Below are positions 42,103 through 51,833 of a stretch of 64,000 nucleotides of DNA, in pieces (position 1 is the stretch's first letter; every line of letters starts with the position of its first letter). This stretch comes from an uncultured virus (IMG/VR IMGVR_UViG_3300032167_000100) (taxonomy: Duplodnaviria > Heunggongvirae > Uroviricota > Caudoviricetes), in IMG/VR virus record IMGVR_UViG_3300032167_000100. One strand, given 5' to 3'. The notes under the pieces were generated by a model that did no database searches, had not been told where the DNA came from, and saw nothing but the letters and a program-made list of their open reading frames with translations. The translations under genes and the position numbers were made by a program.

Positions 42103-42507
42103 ATGATTACTCATTTCAAGCCGATTTATGAAAACGATGAACTCAAGTTCAGCCAGGGTACTCAATTCAATACCGAGAATGCTAAGAAGGTGTTCGAGAA
42201 GTATGGTCTCGTTGAATACAGTTATGCATCAACTGTAGATCACGTTGATGTTCCTCGCATTCTTAAGACCGGAAGCCACAGAACGCACACCAAGGAGAAG
42301 CCCGTAACTTGTTCCCACACATATTTCGACCATCCTATTTGGCTCAGAGATGCTAACAAGAAATCGTATCTCGTTTGTCATGCATATATTTCCGATAAGG
42401 ACTTGGAGACCGTAGTGGTGGAATGGGCTAAATTCTATGGTCTGAAGTGCGAGGCTATTGATAACTGGTACGGCTTTACTACTACTGCCTTTATTATCTA
42501 CGCTTAA
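42103..42507 (+). CDS. hypothetical protein
   Basis: AAGGAG before ATG 42103. Confidence 0.7.
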   Translation: MITHFKPIYENDELKFSQGTQFNTENAKKVFEKYGLVEYSYASTVDHVDVPRILKTGSHRTHTKEKPVTCSHTYFDHPIWLRDANKKSYLVCHAYISDKDLETVVVEWAKFYGLKCEAIDNWYGFTTTAFIIYA

Positions 42508-42561
42508 CAAAATATCCCACTAGAAACATTCATATATTATCATTAAGATAGAGGTGATATT

Positions 42562-42759
42562 ATGAAAATTCGAAAGACTAAAGATGAAGCAGTAAAGACT
42601 GAGATCGAGACTAAGCTTCGTGAGAACGGCGGATACTGTCCTTGCAGACTAAATAAGACACCGGACACTAAGTGTATGTGCAAAGAGTTCAGAGAACAGA
42701 TTTCCCGCGGTGAAGAAGGCGAATGTCATTGCGGTCTCTTTGTCGCTTATAAAGAGTAA
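42562..42759 (+). CDS. ferredoxin-thioredoxin reductase catalytic-subunit-like protein
   Basis: GYCPCR, CMC, CHCGLF; AACA-N6-TA at 42525-42536. Confidence 0.8.
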   Translation: MKIRKTKDEAVKTEIETKLRENGGYCPCRLNKTPDTKCMCKEFREQISRGEEGECHCGLFVAYKE

Positions 42760-42816
42760 TAAAATAACTCCCACAGGGTCAAACCTGTGGGATATTTCGT
42801 ACCAGGAGAAACACAT

Positions 42817-42981
42817 ATGTCAAAATTGTTTGCTCGTTTTATCGTAGTTCTTATGATCATCACAATGGTAGTTTACTCTACCGGTAGAGATAACTATGTA
42901 TGGAATCCTGATCTGATTCCTCATCTTGAGAATAACGAGATGGTTAATCGTGATCATAAGTCTAAGAACAAGAAGAAATAA
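42817..42981 (+). CDS. small membrane protein
   Basis: AGGAG RBS, N-terminal hydrophobic helix. Confidence 0.55.
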   Translation: MSKLFARFIVVLMIITMVVYSTGRDNYVWNPDLIPHLENNEMVNRDHKSKNKKK

Positions 42982-42999
42982 TTCAATTGGAGGACCATT

Positions 43000-43281
43000 A
43001 TGTTTGATGCAAACGCACCATTGGCAGACAATGAAATGATCCAGTCTTGGATTGATCAGCTCCTCGAGAGAACTGGTCATAAGTCTGTTGAAGAACTTAC
43101 TGAGATGGAGATAAGTGCTGAGATTCTTGAAATCGAAGGAACTATCTCTAACGAACGTTTATGGGAGAAGGGTGCAAATACTACCGAGCAGAGACTTCTG
43201 CATTCCGGTAATATCATCAACCTTACTACATATCTCGGATATCTTGAGAAGCTGATCGAGAAACCTCAGGATTCTGAATAA
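43000..43281 (+). CDS. hypothetical protein
   Basis: GGAGG RBS, 93 aa. Confidence 0.7.
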   Translation: MFDANAPLADNEMIQSWIDQLLERTGHKSVEELTEMEISAEILEIEGTISNERLWEKGANTTEQRLLHSGNIINLTTYLGYLEKLIEKPQDSE

Positions 43282-43359
43282 TCACAATAAGAAAATAGTA
43301 ACCCAGAAACATTTATATATCATAGGTGGATCTGGGTTATTACTCGACGGAGGAATAAC

Positions 43360-44334
43360 ATGAAAGTATTTCACCATGATGACATGGATGGAAGATCATC
43401 GGCAGCTATTGTTGCCGCTTCCAAGAGATTGCAGTTCTTGAGAGAGATTGCCGATAGCTATGGGGAATTGTCCCTCGCTGATACGGATCGCCAACTGCTT
43501 CGGGAATATGAGACAAAATCTATATTCATCGAGTGCGACTATGCGTCACGGCGCATCGATCCATCGTGTGTTAGTGAAGGCGAAGTCGTATTTATAGTCG
43601 ACTATTCTTTCAGTGAGAAGACAGTCTCTGTACTTGAGGAAATTTGTCGAAAGGCAAGCTCAGTCACTTGGATTGACCATCATCTTACATCCAAAAAGCT
43701 CATCGAAACAAAAGATATGTCGTATCTTGACAATCTCAAGATGGTAATTGATATGTCTAAATCTGGAGCTGCACTCTGTTGGGATTATCTCTTTGGAACG
43801 ACAGAACCACTCTTTGTACAGCATGTGAGTGATTATGACTGTTGGAAATACGAGTTGGGTGACAATACCACCTACATGAAGCTCGGAATTGACATGCAGT
43901 ATAATACCCCCGACTCAGAACTGTATAAGAAACTGATCGGTGATGCGTTCCTTGAACAGGGATATGACTTAGGTTATAACATCCCGATTGAGAATACCTA
44001 CACTATCTACTCGTTGATTCGGGAAGGACAGGTAGCTAAAAAATATATCGACTGTGAAAATCGTTCATACTTCAAACACTATAGTTTCGTCTCGGATGTA
44101 TTCGGAATGCCGTGCATCTGTGTTAACAGGAAAACGAATAGTTGGGTTTTTGGCAACGCGTACCATGAATACCCGTTATGTTGTGTGTTCGCATATAATG
44201 GAGATGTATGGAGCTACTCACTCTACTCGAGTAATGGCGAGGTTGACTGTTCGGAAATCGCCGCGAAATACGGCGGTGGAGGTCACAAAGGGGCAGCAGG
44301 ATTCTCCACGAAAGAGTGCATCCTTCAGAAGTAA
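43360..44334 (+). CDS. DHH/DHHA1 family phosphoesterase
   Basis: HHDDMDG, IVDYS, WIDHH, GGGGHKGAAGF; AACA-N6-TA at 43308-43319. Confidence 0.9.
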   Translation: MKVFHHDDMDGRSSAAIVAASKRLQFLREIADSYGELSLADTDRQLLREYETKSIFIECDYASRRIDPSCVSEGEVVFIVDYSFSEKTVSVLEEICRKASSVTWIDHHLTSKKLIETKDMSYLDNLKMVIDMSKSGAALCWDYLFGTTEPLFVQHVSDYDCWKYELGDNTTYMKLGIDMQYNTPDSELYKKLIGDAFLEQGYDLGYNIPIENTYTIYSLIREGQVAKKYIDCENRSYFKHYSFVSDVFGMPCICVNRKTNSWVFGNAYHEYPLCCVFAYNGDVWSYSLYSSNGEVDCSEIAAKYGGGGHKGAAGFSTKECILQK

Positions 44335-44353
44335 CGATGAGTATCCAACCATG

Positions 44354-44384
44354 GAGCATACCTCGAAAGGGGTATGCTCTTTTC
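44354..44384 (+). terminator. intrinsic terminator
   Basis: GAGCATACCTC-GAAA-GGGGTATGCTC plus T tract. Confidence 0.8.
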
Positions 44385-44460
44385 TTGTCCGTAAAAATAA
44401 CCCTTCTTTATGATTCTATTTAATAACATAAATATAATCTTTGAAAGGAGGATATAAAAT

Positions 44461-45066
44461 ATGCTTTTAAAGATCAAAAACTTTTGTAAACGATGGGGTG
44501 CCAAGGTGGTCGAACTCGCTAAGTCTTTTGCTAGTGGCTGTAAGATCATTGCGAAGCATGCATGTGAAATCGCTAAGGATGCATGGAAGAAAGTATCTCA
44601 GTTTGCAGAAAGAGTAATCATCAATGTCGAAACATGGGTAACCACAAAGGCTGGTGAAAGAACGATCACCACGCTATCATTCTCCTGGGGTCTACTTATG
44701 ACTGTCATTGGTGCAATCGTAGTCGGCATTTTTAAACTCGCCAAGAAGAAGATTGAAAAACATGGACCATGCTATATCGTGACCGTTGGTAAGTCTTGGG
44801 GAGGAATTAACCTTGGTTATTTCTCCATTGTGTCAGAGACTAGCGGTGTCCATACAAAGAACCATGAACTGGGTCATGCCCTTCAGAACTGCATCCTCGG
44901 TCCCTTTATGCCTATTATCGTTGGCATTCCGAGTTTGATTCGAGCAGGTTATCGTACGCTTCTGTACAAAATGGGTAAGCCAGTTAAGACCGAATATGAC
45001 GATATTTGGTTTGAAGGCTCTGCTACGCGGCTTGGAGATGCATATATGGAAAATCATCCCAAGTAA
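44461..45066 (+). CDS. membrane protein with HExxH zinc-peptidase-like motif
   Basis: HELGH, WFE, hydrophobic segments; AACA-N6-TA at 44425-44436. Confidence 0.7.
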   Translation: MLLKIKNFCKRWGAKVVELAKSFASGCKIIAKHACEIAKDAWKKVSQFAERVIINVETWVTTKAGERTITTLSFSWGLLMTVIGAIVVGIFKLAKKKIEKHGPCYIVTVGKSWGGINLGYFSIVSETSGVHTKNHELGHALQNCILGPFMPIIVGIPSLIRAGYRTLLYKMGKPVKTEYDDIWFEGSATRLGDAYMENHPK

Positions 45067-45081
45067 TATATATTTAAATAA

Positions 45082-45114
45082 GGTGATAGGAAGAAATTCC
45101 TATCACCGATTTTT
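45082..45114 (+). terminator. intrinsic terminator
   Basis: GGTGATAGGAA-GAAA-TTCCTATCACC plus T tract. Confidence 0.8.
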
Positions 45115-45247
45115 CATATCTTAAAAGACTTATATACTATATTAGTGAGTATCAAAATGTGTATCATTCCTTACATAAAAAATAGGAAATGATACATTTT
45201 TGAACAATCTAATACTCAATTATTATAATTTAAAGGAGTTAAACACT

Positions 45248-46021
45248 ATGGCAGGAAATCCTACTACTTCCAAAAAGCTCGTAGTAACAAACGGTGTCCA
45301 GTATTACGGTACTGGTCTGAAGGGTGTTCAGAAGGCAATGTCGACTCGTTATCTTGAGTCTTCTATCGTTGTCTCTATTCATAGCACTCTTCCCGAGAAC
45401 ATGCAGAGCACTGGCTCTAAGTATGACTACAAGAGTGGACTGGAGATCTATCTCAAGGCTAAGGCTGCTAAGACCCTGGCAAAGGTTCTTAAGAAGGCAC
45501 GCAACTATGTTCAGGAAGGCAATGAGTTTGAGCCTATGGCTATCTCTTCCGGTGCTAACCTGATCGAGGTTTCGGACGGTTCCGCATTCGGATTCAACGC
45601 AGGTATCACCATTACCATCTATTCCGACATCGGCGCTGATAAGAAGACTGAGACATACGATGTATTCCAGTTCTCCAACGATAAGGTTCTTCTTTCCTAT
45701 GACAGAAATGAAGGTACCTATAATGAATCTTTTGTCGATACTGATATTGAGTACTTTATCGACCAGCTTTCTGAATTTGCAAAGGCAACTTCCAATGCTT
45801 CTGCACATGTATACAAGAAGGAGATGGCATTCGACTTCAACCGTATGATGAGCCGTCAGCTCCAGATCATGGATAAGCTCGGCATTCAGAATGACAACTA
45901 TCGCTTCAATGGCAATGCAGGTTGGGCTAACAAGGGTGTATCTCCCACCAATCCTACCGGCGATGCAGGGACCAGAAGTGTCAACACTGATGATCTCATG
46001 AGCGAGCTTGACAATATGTAA
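45248..46021 (+). CDS. conserved-looking hypothetical protein, possibly ssDNA-binding
   Basis: AAGGAG RBS, own promoter (45203-45214) and terminator, flexible acidic tail; function is inference. Confidence 0.55.
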   Translation: MAGNPTTSKKLVVTNGVQYYGTGLKGVQKAMSTRYLESSIVVSIHSTLPENMQSTGSKYDYKSGLEIYLKAKAAKTLAKVLKKARNYVQEGNEFEPMAISSGANLIEVSDGSAFGFNAGITITIYSDIGADKKTETYDVFQFSNDKVLLSYDRNEGTYNESFVDTDIEYFIDQLSEFAKATSNASAHVYKKEMAFDFNRMMSRQLQIMDKLGIQNDNYRFNGNAGWANKGVSPTNPTGDAGTRSVNTDDLMSELDNM

Positions 46022-46031
46022 TTTACACACG

Positions 46032-46074
46032 AATGATATAAGGACGGAAATCGTCCTTATATCATTTATTTTTT
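46032..46074 (+). terminator. intrinsic terminator
   Basis: 15-bp stem AATGATATAAGGACG/CGTCCTTATATCATT plus T tract. Confidence 0.85.
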
Positions 46075-46087
46075 ATGAGAGGTAATT

Positions 46088-46804
46088 ATGTCAATCCCAA
46101 ATGCGAATACAACAGAGAGTACAATAATGCGTAATGAACGTGTTGTAGTACTTCCTCACAATACATTGAAATTTGTTGATATGCCTCTTGAGGCAGACAT
46201 TCTTGCTTCTATCGAACACTTTGATGGAGAAATTACTTTTCATGAACTTCTTTACGCACTTGCTGTAAGAGAGGAGAAAAGTTTAGCAGCACTTCATGAG
46301 ATCAGTGAGAATACTGTAGATGATATGCTCCGTGAAAACTATCCACTGTATTATGATGTGGCTCCTGAGACCGAGGTTTATACAATACTTGATGTATTAC
46401 ATAAACAAAGTTTCGGTCAGAATATCACAATCCTATATCCATTTGACTACACCAAGCTTCAGTATCCAGATCCAGCCCAATACAAAAAAGATTGGTATGA
46501 TGGATCTTATGAGGAGCTTGTTAAGAAGCTCATTGTATCGAAGTTTACTTGTCTTGTGATTGGAGATATTGATCTCCTTGATAAACTCACAAAAGACGGG
46601 CGAATTAACTTCGAGAATACGACAATCTTTGTATCCGTACTTGGGTACAATTACAAGTATGATGAAGAGCTTAATATGCATGTGATGCGTAAATATCGCA
46701 ATATCACAGGTCGAACAATGATTGATATTGGTGCAGTGAAGTTATTCAATTTCCAATCAGATGATTTTATAACCGAGGAGGAAGCAACCGATGACGGGGA
46801 ATGA
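46088..46804 (+). CDS. hypothetical protein
   Basis: 238-aa ORF, GAGG RBS. Confidence 0.75.
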   Translation: MSIPNANTTESTIMRNERVVVLPHNTLKFVDMPLEADILASIEHFDGEITFHELLYALAVREEKSLAALHEISENTVDDMLRENYPLYYDVAPETEVYTILDVLHKQSFGQNITILYPFDYTKLQYPDPAQYKKDWYDGSYEELVKKLIVSKFTCLVIGDIDLLDKLTKDGRINFENTTIFVSVLGYNYKYDEELNMHVMRKYRNITGRTMIDIGAVKLFNFQSDDFITEEEATDDGE

Positions 46805-48497
46805 TATCCAGTTATTCAGAGACAATATCGCCTCTGAGACATATCTTCATAATACTATCAAGATTGCTCTCAAAGAGATCTATAATATTATGAAAGAGTG
46901 TTATGGTCCTTATGGATCACACATTCTCATCGACAATCAGGTCCGTCCTGAAGCAACTAAGGACGGTAAAACTATCTTGTCGAGAATCAGCATCAGTGGG
47001 TCTATTGCATCTGCAGTACACAGATCCATTACTTCTGTTGCTGATAAACAGGTTGAAGAAGTTGGAGATGGTTCCACAACTACTATTCTCTTGCTTTGTA
47101 AACTCTATAATGCATTCCGTGAGATTATCAAGACTAAGAATGTGTCTCCTTCTGTATTTCAGAAAGAGCTCAAAGTTGTTATCGACGGAATCAATGCACT
47201 TCTTGAAGACAGTGCAGAACAGATCGTTACTTATGATGCGGAGAACAATCCCATCATTAACTTCAAGAAACTTCGCAGCGTAATCCATACATCTGTCGAT
47301 GGTGATGATGAGCTTACTGATATTCTTTGTAAGCTTTTCGAGGAACTCAACTGCGTAGATCCTCTTGTAATTATCGAGAATTCTACAACCGAGTCTCATA
47401 GCTATGACCTTGTAAAGGGTGCAGAGATTGATGGCACGGTTATTTGTTCCGACGTATTCTTCGAGGGATTTTCCAGACGTAACTATGATAATCCTAGAGT
47501 ACTGATTATCAATGGTCGTCTCGAACTCTCTCCTGAAAGATATATGGAGCTGTGTAATGAAGCAATGAGATCTGACACTTCGTTCATTATCATTGCAACC
47601 GGCATCTCTGAAATTCTTCAGAATACAATTATTCAGCTCAACTCTACAGCAATTCAGGGAACTATCAGTAGATGTCCTATCTTCCAGACAAGATTAACAT
47701 CTGCTGCTGATGAGTTCCTTGATCTTTGTGCTACTCTTGGTGCTACCCCCGTAGACAGTGATACTACCAAGAAGTGGTCTACCACTGCAATCATGATGAA
47801 AACTATTGATGCTTGTGCTGGCGGGTGTGATAAGGCTCTCTTGACAGAGTTCTGTGCAAGATTTAATAATCCTCACACCAATGAGCAAGCTCTTCAGGCT
47901 CGTCTTGATGATATCCTTGCAAAGATCGAAGACCTTAAGCAGGATAGCAGTGCTCACAACAATACAATTTCCGAACTTGAAGATAGAAAGGCATTCTTAT
48001 CGAGACACTATGCTAAGTTCTATGTAGGCGGTGCATCTCCTCAGAGAAAGAGCATCAACTATGAACTTGCAAACGACGGAATTCCTCAGGCTATCTCTTG
48101 TATGAAACACGGCATCGTCCCCGGCTGTAACACGATCGTTCCCAGAATCGTTACAGAACTTCTTAAGGACGAGAAGAATGATCTTCGTGCACTTATCCTT
48201 TGTGCAATCATTGACTCTTATGAGGATATGTTCATCCAGCTTGTAGCAAACAAGTGTGGTAGTGAAGATGAAGCAAGATGCCAAGTGCTTGAGCACTTTG
48301 AGAAAAACGGCTATGTTCCTATGAATATTCGTGAGAATGACACAACTGATGTCGTTAACTCGGCTCATACAGACATAGCAATTCTTACCTTTGCTACAGA
48401 TATGGCGGCTCTTCTTGCTACTTCTAAGGCATTCCTGTCCACAAGAGGTAACAATGAGTTTGATATCGTATCTAAGGGATATACTCTTAACGATTAA
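46791..48497 (+). CDS. phage chaperonin (GroEL/Cpn60-like)
   Basis: YGPYG, TKDG, VGDGSTT, IVPG; 568 aa. Confidence 0.9.
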   Translation: MTGNDIQLFRDNIASETYLHNTIKIALKEIYNIMKECYGPYGSHILIDNQVRPEATKDGKTILSRISISGSIASAVHRSITSVADKQVEEVGDGSTTTILLLCKLYNAFREIIKTKNVSPSVFQKELKVVIDGINALLEDSAEQIVTYDAENNPIINFKKLRSVIHTSVDGDDELTDILCKLFEELNCVDPLVIIENSTTESHSYDLVKGAEIDGTVICSDVFFEGFSRRNYDNPRVLIINGRLELSPERYMELCNEAMRSDTSFIIIATGISEILQNTIIQLNSTAIQGTISRCPIFQTRLTSAADEFLDLCATLGATPVDSDTTKKWSTTAIMMKTIDACAGGCDKALLTEFCARFNNPHTNEQALQARLDDILAKIEDLKQDSSAHNNTISELEDRKAFLSRHYAKFYVGGASPQRKSINYELANDGIPQAISCMKHGIVPGCNTIVPRIVTELLKDEKNDLRALILCAIIDSYEDMFIQLVANKCGSEDEARCQVLEHFEKNGYVPMNIRENDTTDVVNSAHTDIAILTFATDMAALLATSKAFLSTRGNNEFDIVSKGYTLND

Positions 48498-48511
48498 TAA
48501 CGAGGTGTAAT

Positions 48512-49273
48512 ATGGCATTCTTTATCCGTGAATTCTATAATAACCCTGCAGGTAAAGGTGCAACCTTCTTAAATATCAATGCTATCAAGGAAAAGTTTAT
48601 TCCTCGGTACAACGAGATTGCTAAGAGGGTACTTTGTTCATCATATTTGGCTCCTACTGGAGCTGTCTTTATTCATGTCAGAATCCCCTCCTCGGTAGAG
48701 GGGATTCACTATGACATTGTACTTACCTTTAAACCAAATGACAAATCAACTGGTGTTGGAGTTGAAGGTATGGATATGCAGATTTTCTCCAACTCTCCGT
48801 CCTTCTTATATACATACGCTTTTGCATATGATAAGTCTGGACTATTGGCTAAAGAGTTTAAAAAGAAGATCTCATCTCAGATGTTTGATGAGATTGCGGG
48901 TGCGAAAAACCCATATGCAATTCTATCTTACGATTTCTCAGTATTTGCAGCTCTCCACCATGTAATAACTAATGGATATACAAATCTTCTTAATCTCCAG
49001 CATATTGTTGGATATAAGAATTTCCCTGAGTTATACAAGGCGGTTCAACATGCTGAATCTCTGAGAAAGAATCGTAAGGCTCAGAAGGATCTTAATAAAC
49101 TCGCTAAGTTGCAGGAGATGCAGAGACGAAAGAATGCCATTAAGCATCCAAAAAATAAAGATAAAGGCGAAACCGATGAACCAGGTGTTAAACAAGCACC
49201 AACAACCAAAAATGTAAAAACAACAGCACGAACCAAAACCACGAAAACTACTAAGAAAGTGAAAAGGATCTAA
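48512..49273 (+). CDS. hypothetical jumbo-phage protein
   Basis: 253-aa ORF with a basic tail. Confidence 0.75.
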   Translation: MAFFIREFYNNPAGKGATFLNINAIKEKFIPRYNEIAKRVLCSSYLAPTGAVFIHVRIPSSVEGIHYDIVLTFKPNDKSTGVGVEGMDMQIFSNSPSFLYTYAFAYDKSGLLAKEFKKKISSQMFDEIAGAKNPYAILSYDFSVFAALHHVITNGYTNLLNLQHIVGYKNFPELYKAVQHAESLRKNRKAQKDLNKLAKLQEMQRRKNAIKHPKNKDKGETDEPGVKQAPTTKNVKTTARTKTTKTTKKVKRI

Positions 49274-49276
49274 ACT

Positions 49277-49933
49277 ATGGGAATCATCATTTCAGCTTTC
49301 CCAGGAATGGGTAAGACTCTTCACACCACAATGAAAACCTACGGACTTTCTTATTCAGACAGTGATAGTTCCAAGTTTAAATGGATTATCAATGATGCTG
49401 GAGAGAAAGTAGTCAATCCTGACTTTCCGAATAATTACGTAGCACATATTATGGAAGCCGTTAAGACTCATGATATTGTCTTCGTTTCTACACATCAAGA
49501 AGTAAGAGAAGCACTCAAGGATGTCTGCAAGATTATCATGTATCCTGCCAAGGATCTTAAGGCAGAGTATCTTGAAAAGTATCGTACGAGATTCTCCGGT
49601 CTTCATGATGAAAAGTTTGTGTCGATGATGGATTCCAATTGGGATTCTTTCATTGACTCTGTTATGCATCCTTCTTTCGATGAGAAGTCGATCCGAGTAA
49701 GATACGAGAAATCTCGCAATATTCATCCCGATGATATCTTTACCATTGGAGAGTTTATTGATGAAGAAGATATTATCAAACAAGGAGATCACCTCATCAT
49801 CAGAAAGAATTACATGTCCATTTCTACTCATAGTCATGGACCCGTAAACATCAGCAATATCGATGAGTTCTATCGTGAACTTAATGCGGTATGCTTAAAG
49901 ATTTTTGAATTCAGAACAAAAGTAAATCCTTAA
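49277..49933 (+). CDS. P-loop kinase/NTPase-like protein
   Basis: IISAFPGMGKT, DSDSS, FPNNY. Confidence 0.7.
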   Translation: MGIIISAFPGMGKTLHTTMKTYGLSYSDSDSSKFKWIINDAGEKVVNPDFPNNYVAHIMEAVKTHDIVFVSTHQEVREALKDVCKIIMYPAKDLKAEYLEKYRTRFSGLHDEKFVSMMDSNWDSFIDSVMHPSFDEKSIRVRYEKSRNIHPDDIFTIGEFIDEEDIIKQGDHLIIRKNYMSISTHSHGPVNISNIDEFYRELNAVCLKIFEFRTKVNP

Positions 49934-49949
49934 AGGCAGGTGACTAGGT

Positions 49950-51461
49950 ATGCATTTAGATGAATTACCAAACATCGATGCTGAAAATACCGAAGTGAAA
50001 CCTGCCATATATAAGAAGAACGGTAAGAATGTCATCGTTACATTTGATAAGTGTTTTGAGCAAGATTCTCCTGATCTGAATAACTTTATTATTACCAAGT
50101 CGGCATATAGTAAGAATTTGGATTCTGTGTGTAGATATGCTAACACTTTCTTCAAGTTATATGACCCTGACAAAGAATTCTTAACTGGACTTCTTTGCAT
50201 CAAGTATCAGATCGATAACCAAAATATTCACTACTCATATAAGACATTCCTCAGTGATATTGCTGAGTTGCTCTTAACTGATAGTGTGATCGAGAAGATA
50301 TTTGAGATGGTTGAAGATTACTATTCTATCGACCTCAGTCCTAGTGACGAGGTTAAGGATATTGACCTTCACGCACTTCAGTTCTTAAATGAACATGGAA
50401 AAGCATTGATGGCATTGTCCATAGCATATAAGTTGACTATCCCTGTGGTATGTCACTATTACTATGTGAATAATGAACGAATGGCAGAGCTTGCGAGAAT
50501 TCGTGGTGAAAATGAAACCACCATTAAGGATTATCTTTATCAAGTTTTTGCTAGCTACTTCCCGCTCTTCCAGGGAGATTCCGAGCTCTTTAATAAGTTG
50601 GCAGTTACAGTAAACAGTCATCTTACTGAGACTCGTACATCCGATAAGACTCTTTGGAACAGAGCACGAAACAAGAAACTCACCCCAACCATTTATACTG
50701 ATAGATTGATTGCTGCTGTCGTGGTTGATCTTCTTCCGAAGGCTATCTTCAAGAAGAACTTCATCTTCCTCATTCAGGTAGCAGTCCCCTATCAGATTCG
50801 TCAAACATTGTTAGCCAAGGATAAATATGACTATTGTGATATTTCCACTAGTTCGAAGACTGATGAACTTAGCGGTCTTGAGAAACTCGAGGCTAATAAT
50901 GCCCGCATAAGTGACCTTGATATTGTTATCTCCTCGGTAAACATCAAGGAGACAATTAAGAAGATTGAGCGACGCTTTAAAGTACACATCGAACCAGATG
51001 AGATTGCTTATTACAAAGAGCATTTGAAGAGTTTCACATTCAGTGATACAATCCTTCAGTTCTTTGCTAAGTACTTCGGTGGTTATTATGATCTCAAGAC
51101 AATCAGTAAGAAATACTATATTCGTCTCATGATTATCTTTAAGAAAATTATGAAGAATATGGGATTCATCTACATCAACCAGATTATGACTGGTAACTTG
51201 AGTAAGACTATTAAGCGACGCAAGATCTCCACAAAGCAATTGAAGAAGATCGAACAGTCACCTAAATTCCAGAAGCTCATGAAACAGTATTCTATGGGAA
51301 TGGAAACTGAGAATAATCCTGTATTGAGAAATATAGCGATGCTCATTAATACGCCTATCGAGTATTGTGACTATGAGAATCCAGAAATGTACGGAATGCC
51401 TATTCAGGTTGATATTGATATTGCTGTGTCTGAATATTTGAGGTTTCTAAGTTTAATGTAA
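49950..51461 (+). CDS. probable non-virion RNAP promoter-specificity (sigma-like) subunit, AR9 gp226/phiKZ gp68-like
   Basis: 503-aa helical-looking ORF just downstream of the chaperonin, as gp226 lies near gp228 in AR9; inferred from size and synteny only. Confidence 0.5.
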   Translation: MHLDELPNIDAENTEVKPAIYKKNGKNVIVTFDKCFEQDSPDLNNFIITKSAYSKNLDSVCRYANTFFKLYDPDKEFLTGLLCIKYQIDNQNIHYSYKTFLSDIAELLLTDSVIEKIFEMVEDYYSIDLSPSDEVKDIDLHALQFLNEHGKALMALSIAYKLTIPVVCHYYYVNNERMAELARIRGENETTIKDYLYQVFASYFPLFQGDSELFNKLAVTVNSHLTETRTSDKTLWNRARNKKLTPTIYTDRLIAAVVVDLLPKAIFKKNFIFLIQVAVPYQIRQTLLAKDKYDYCDISTSSKTDELSGLEKLEANNARISDLDIVISSVNIKETIKKIERRFKVHIEPDEIAYYKEHLKSFTFSDTILQFFAKYFGGYYDLKTISKKYYIRLMIIFKKIMKNMGFIYINQIMTGNLSKTIKRRKISTKQLKKIEQSPKFQKLMKQYSMGMETENNPVLRNIAMLINTPIEYCDYENPEMYGMPIQVDIDIAVSEYLRFLSLM

Positions 51462-51465
51462 GATT

Positions 51466-51603
51466 ATGATTGCTGATATTATTTGGTATATCTTGGGTGG
51501 TCTCGGACTTGCAGCAATGGTTGCAGCCAGAATCTACGAGGTTGAAGAACAGCGGAGAAATGATAGACCTCCTAAAGATAAAGATGATAATACTCGATCT
51601 TAA
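51466..51603 (+). CDS. 45-aa single-pass membrane peptide
   Basis: MIADIIWYILGGLGLAAMVAAR...; below the ORF-track cutoff. Confidence 0.55.
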   Translation: MIADIIWYILGGLGLAAMVAARIYEVEEQRRNDRPPKDKDDNTRS

Positions 51604-51615
51604 ACGACAAATAAA

Positions 51616-51641
51616 GGAGATAGGCAGAAATGCCTATCTCC
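51616..51641. terminator. bidirectional terminator
   Basis: GGAGATAGGCA-GAAA-TGCCTATCTCC between convergent genes. Confidence 0.85.
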
Positions 51642-51670
51642 ATATTTTTATTTTTTAGTAAATAACTTGT

Positions 51671-51823
51671 CTCCGTCTAATAGATTTTCTCATACATATT
51701 GCATACATACTATCCTATATGTTACCGGAGTCAAGAGGGACCGCATATCCAATATAATATCAACTATCGACGAATATCATCTAATAGATATGCGGAATAT
51801 GAACCATGTGATTGCTAATCACA
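51671..51823 (-). ncRNA. structured 3' UTR or cis-element with three stem-loops
   Basis: Inverted repeats 51807-13/51817-23, 51741-49/51787-95 and 51671-75/51726-30; inner stems use G-U pairs on the minus strand. Confidence 0.5.
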
Positions 51824-51833
51824 AACTCATGAT

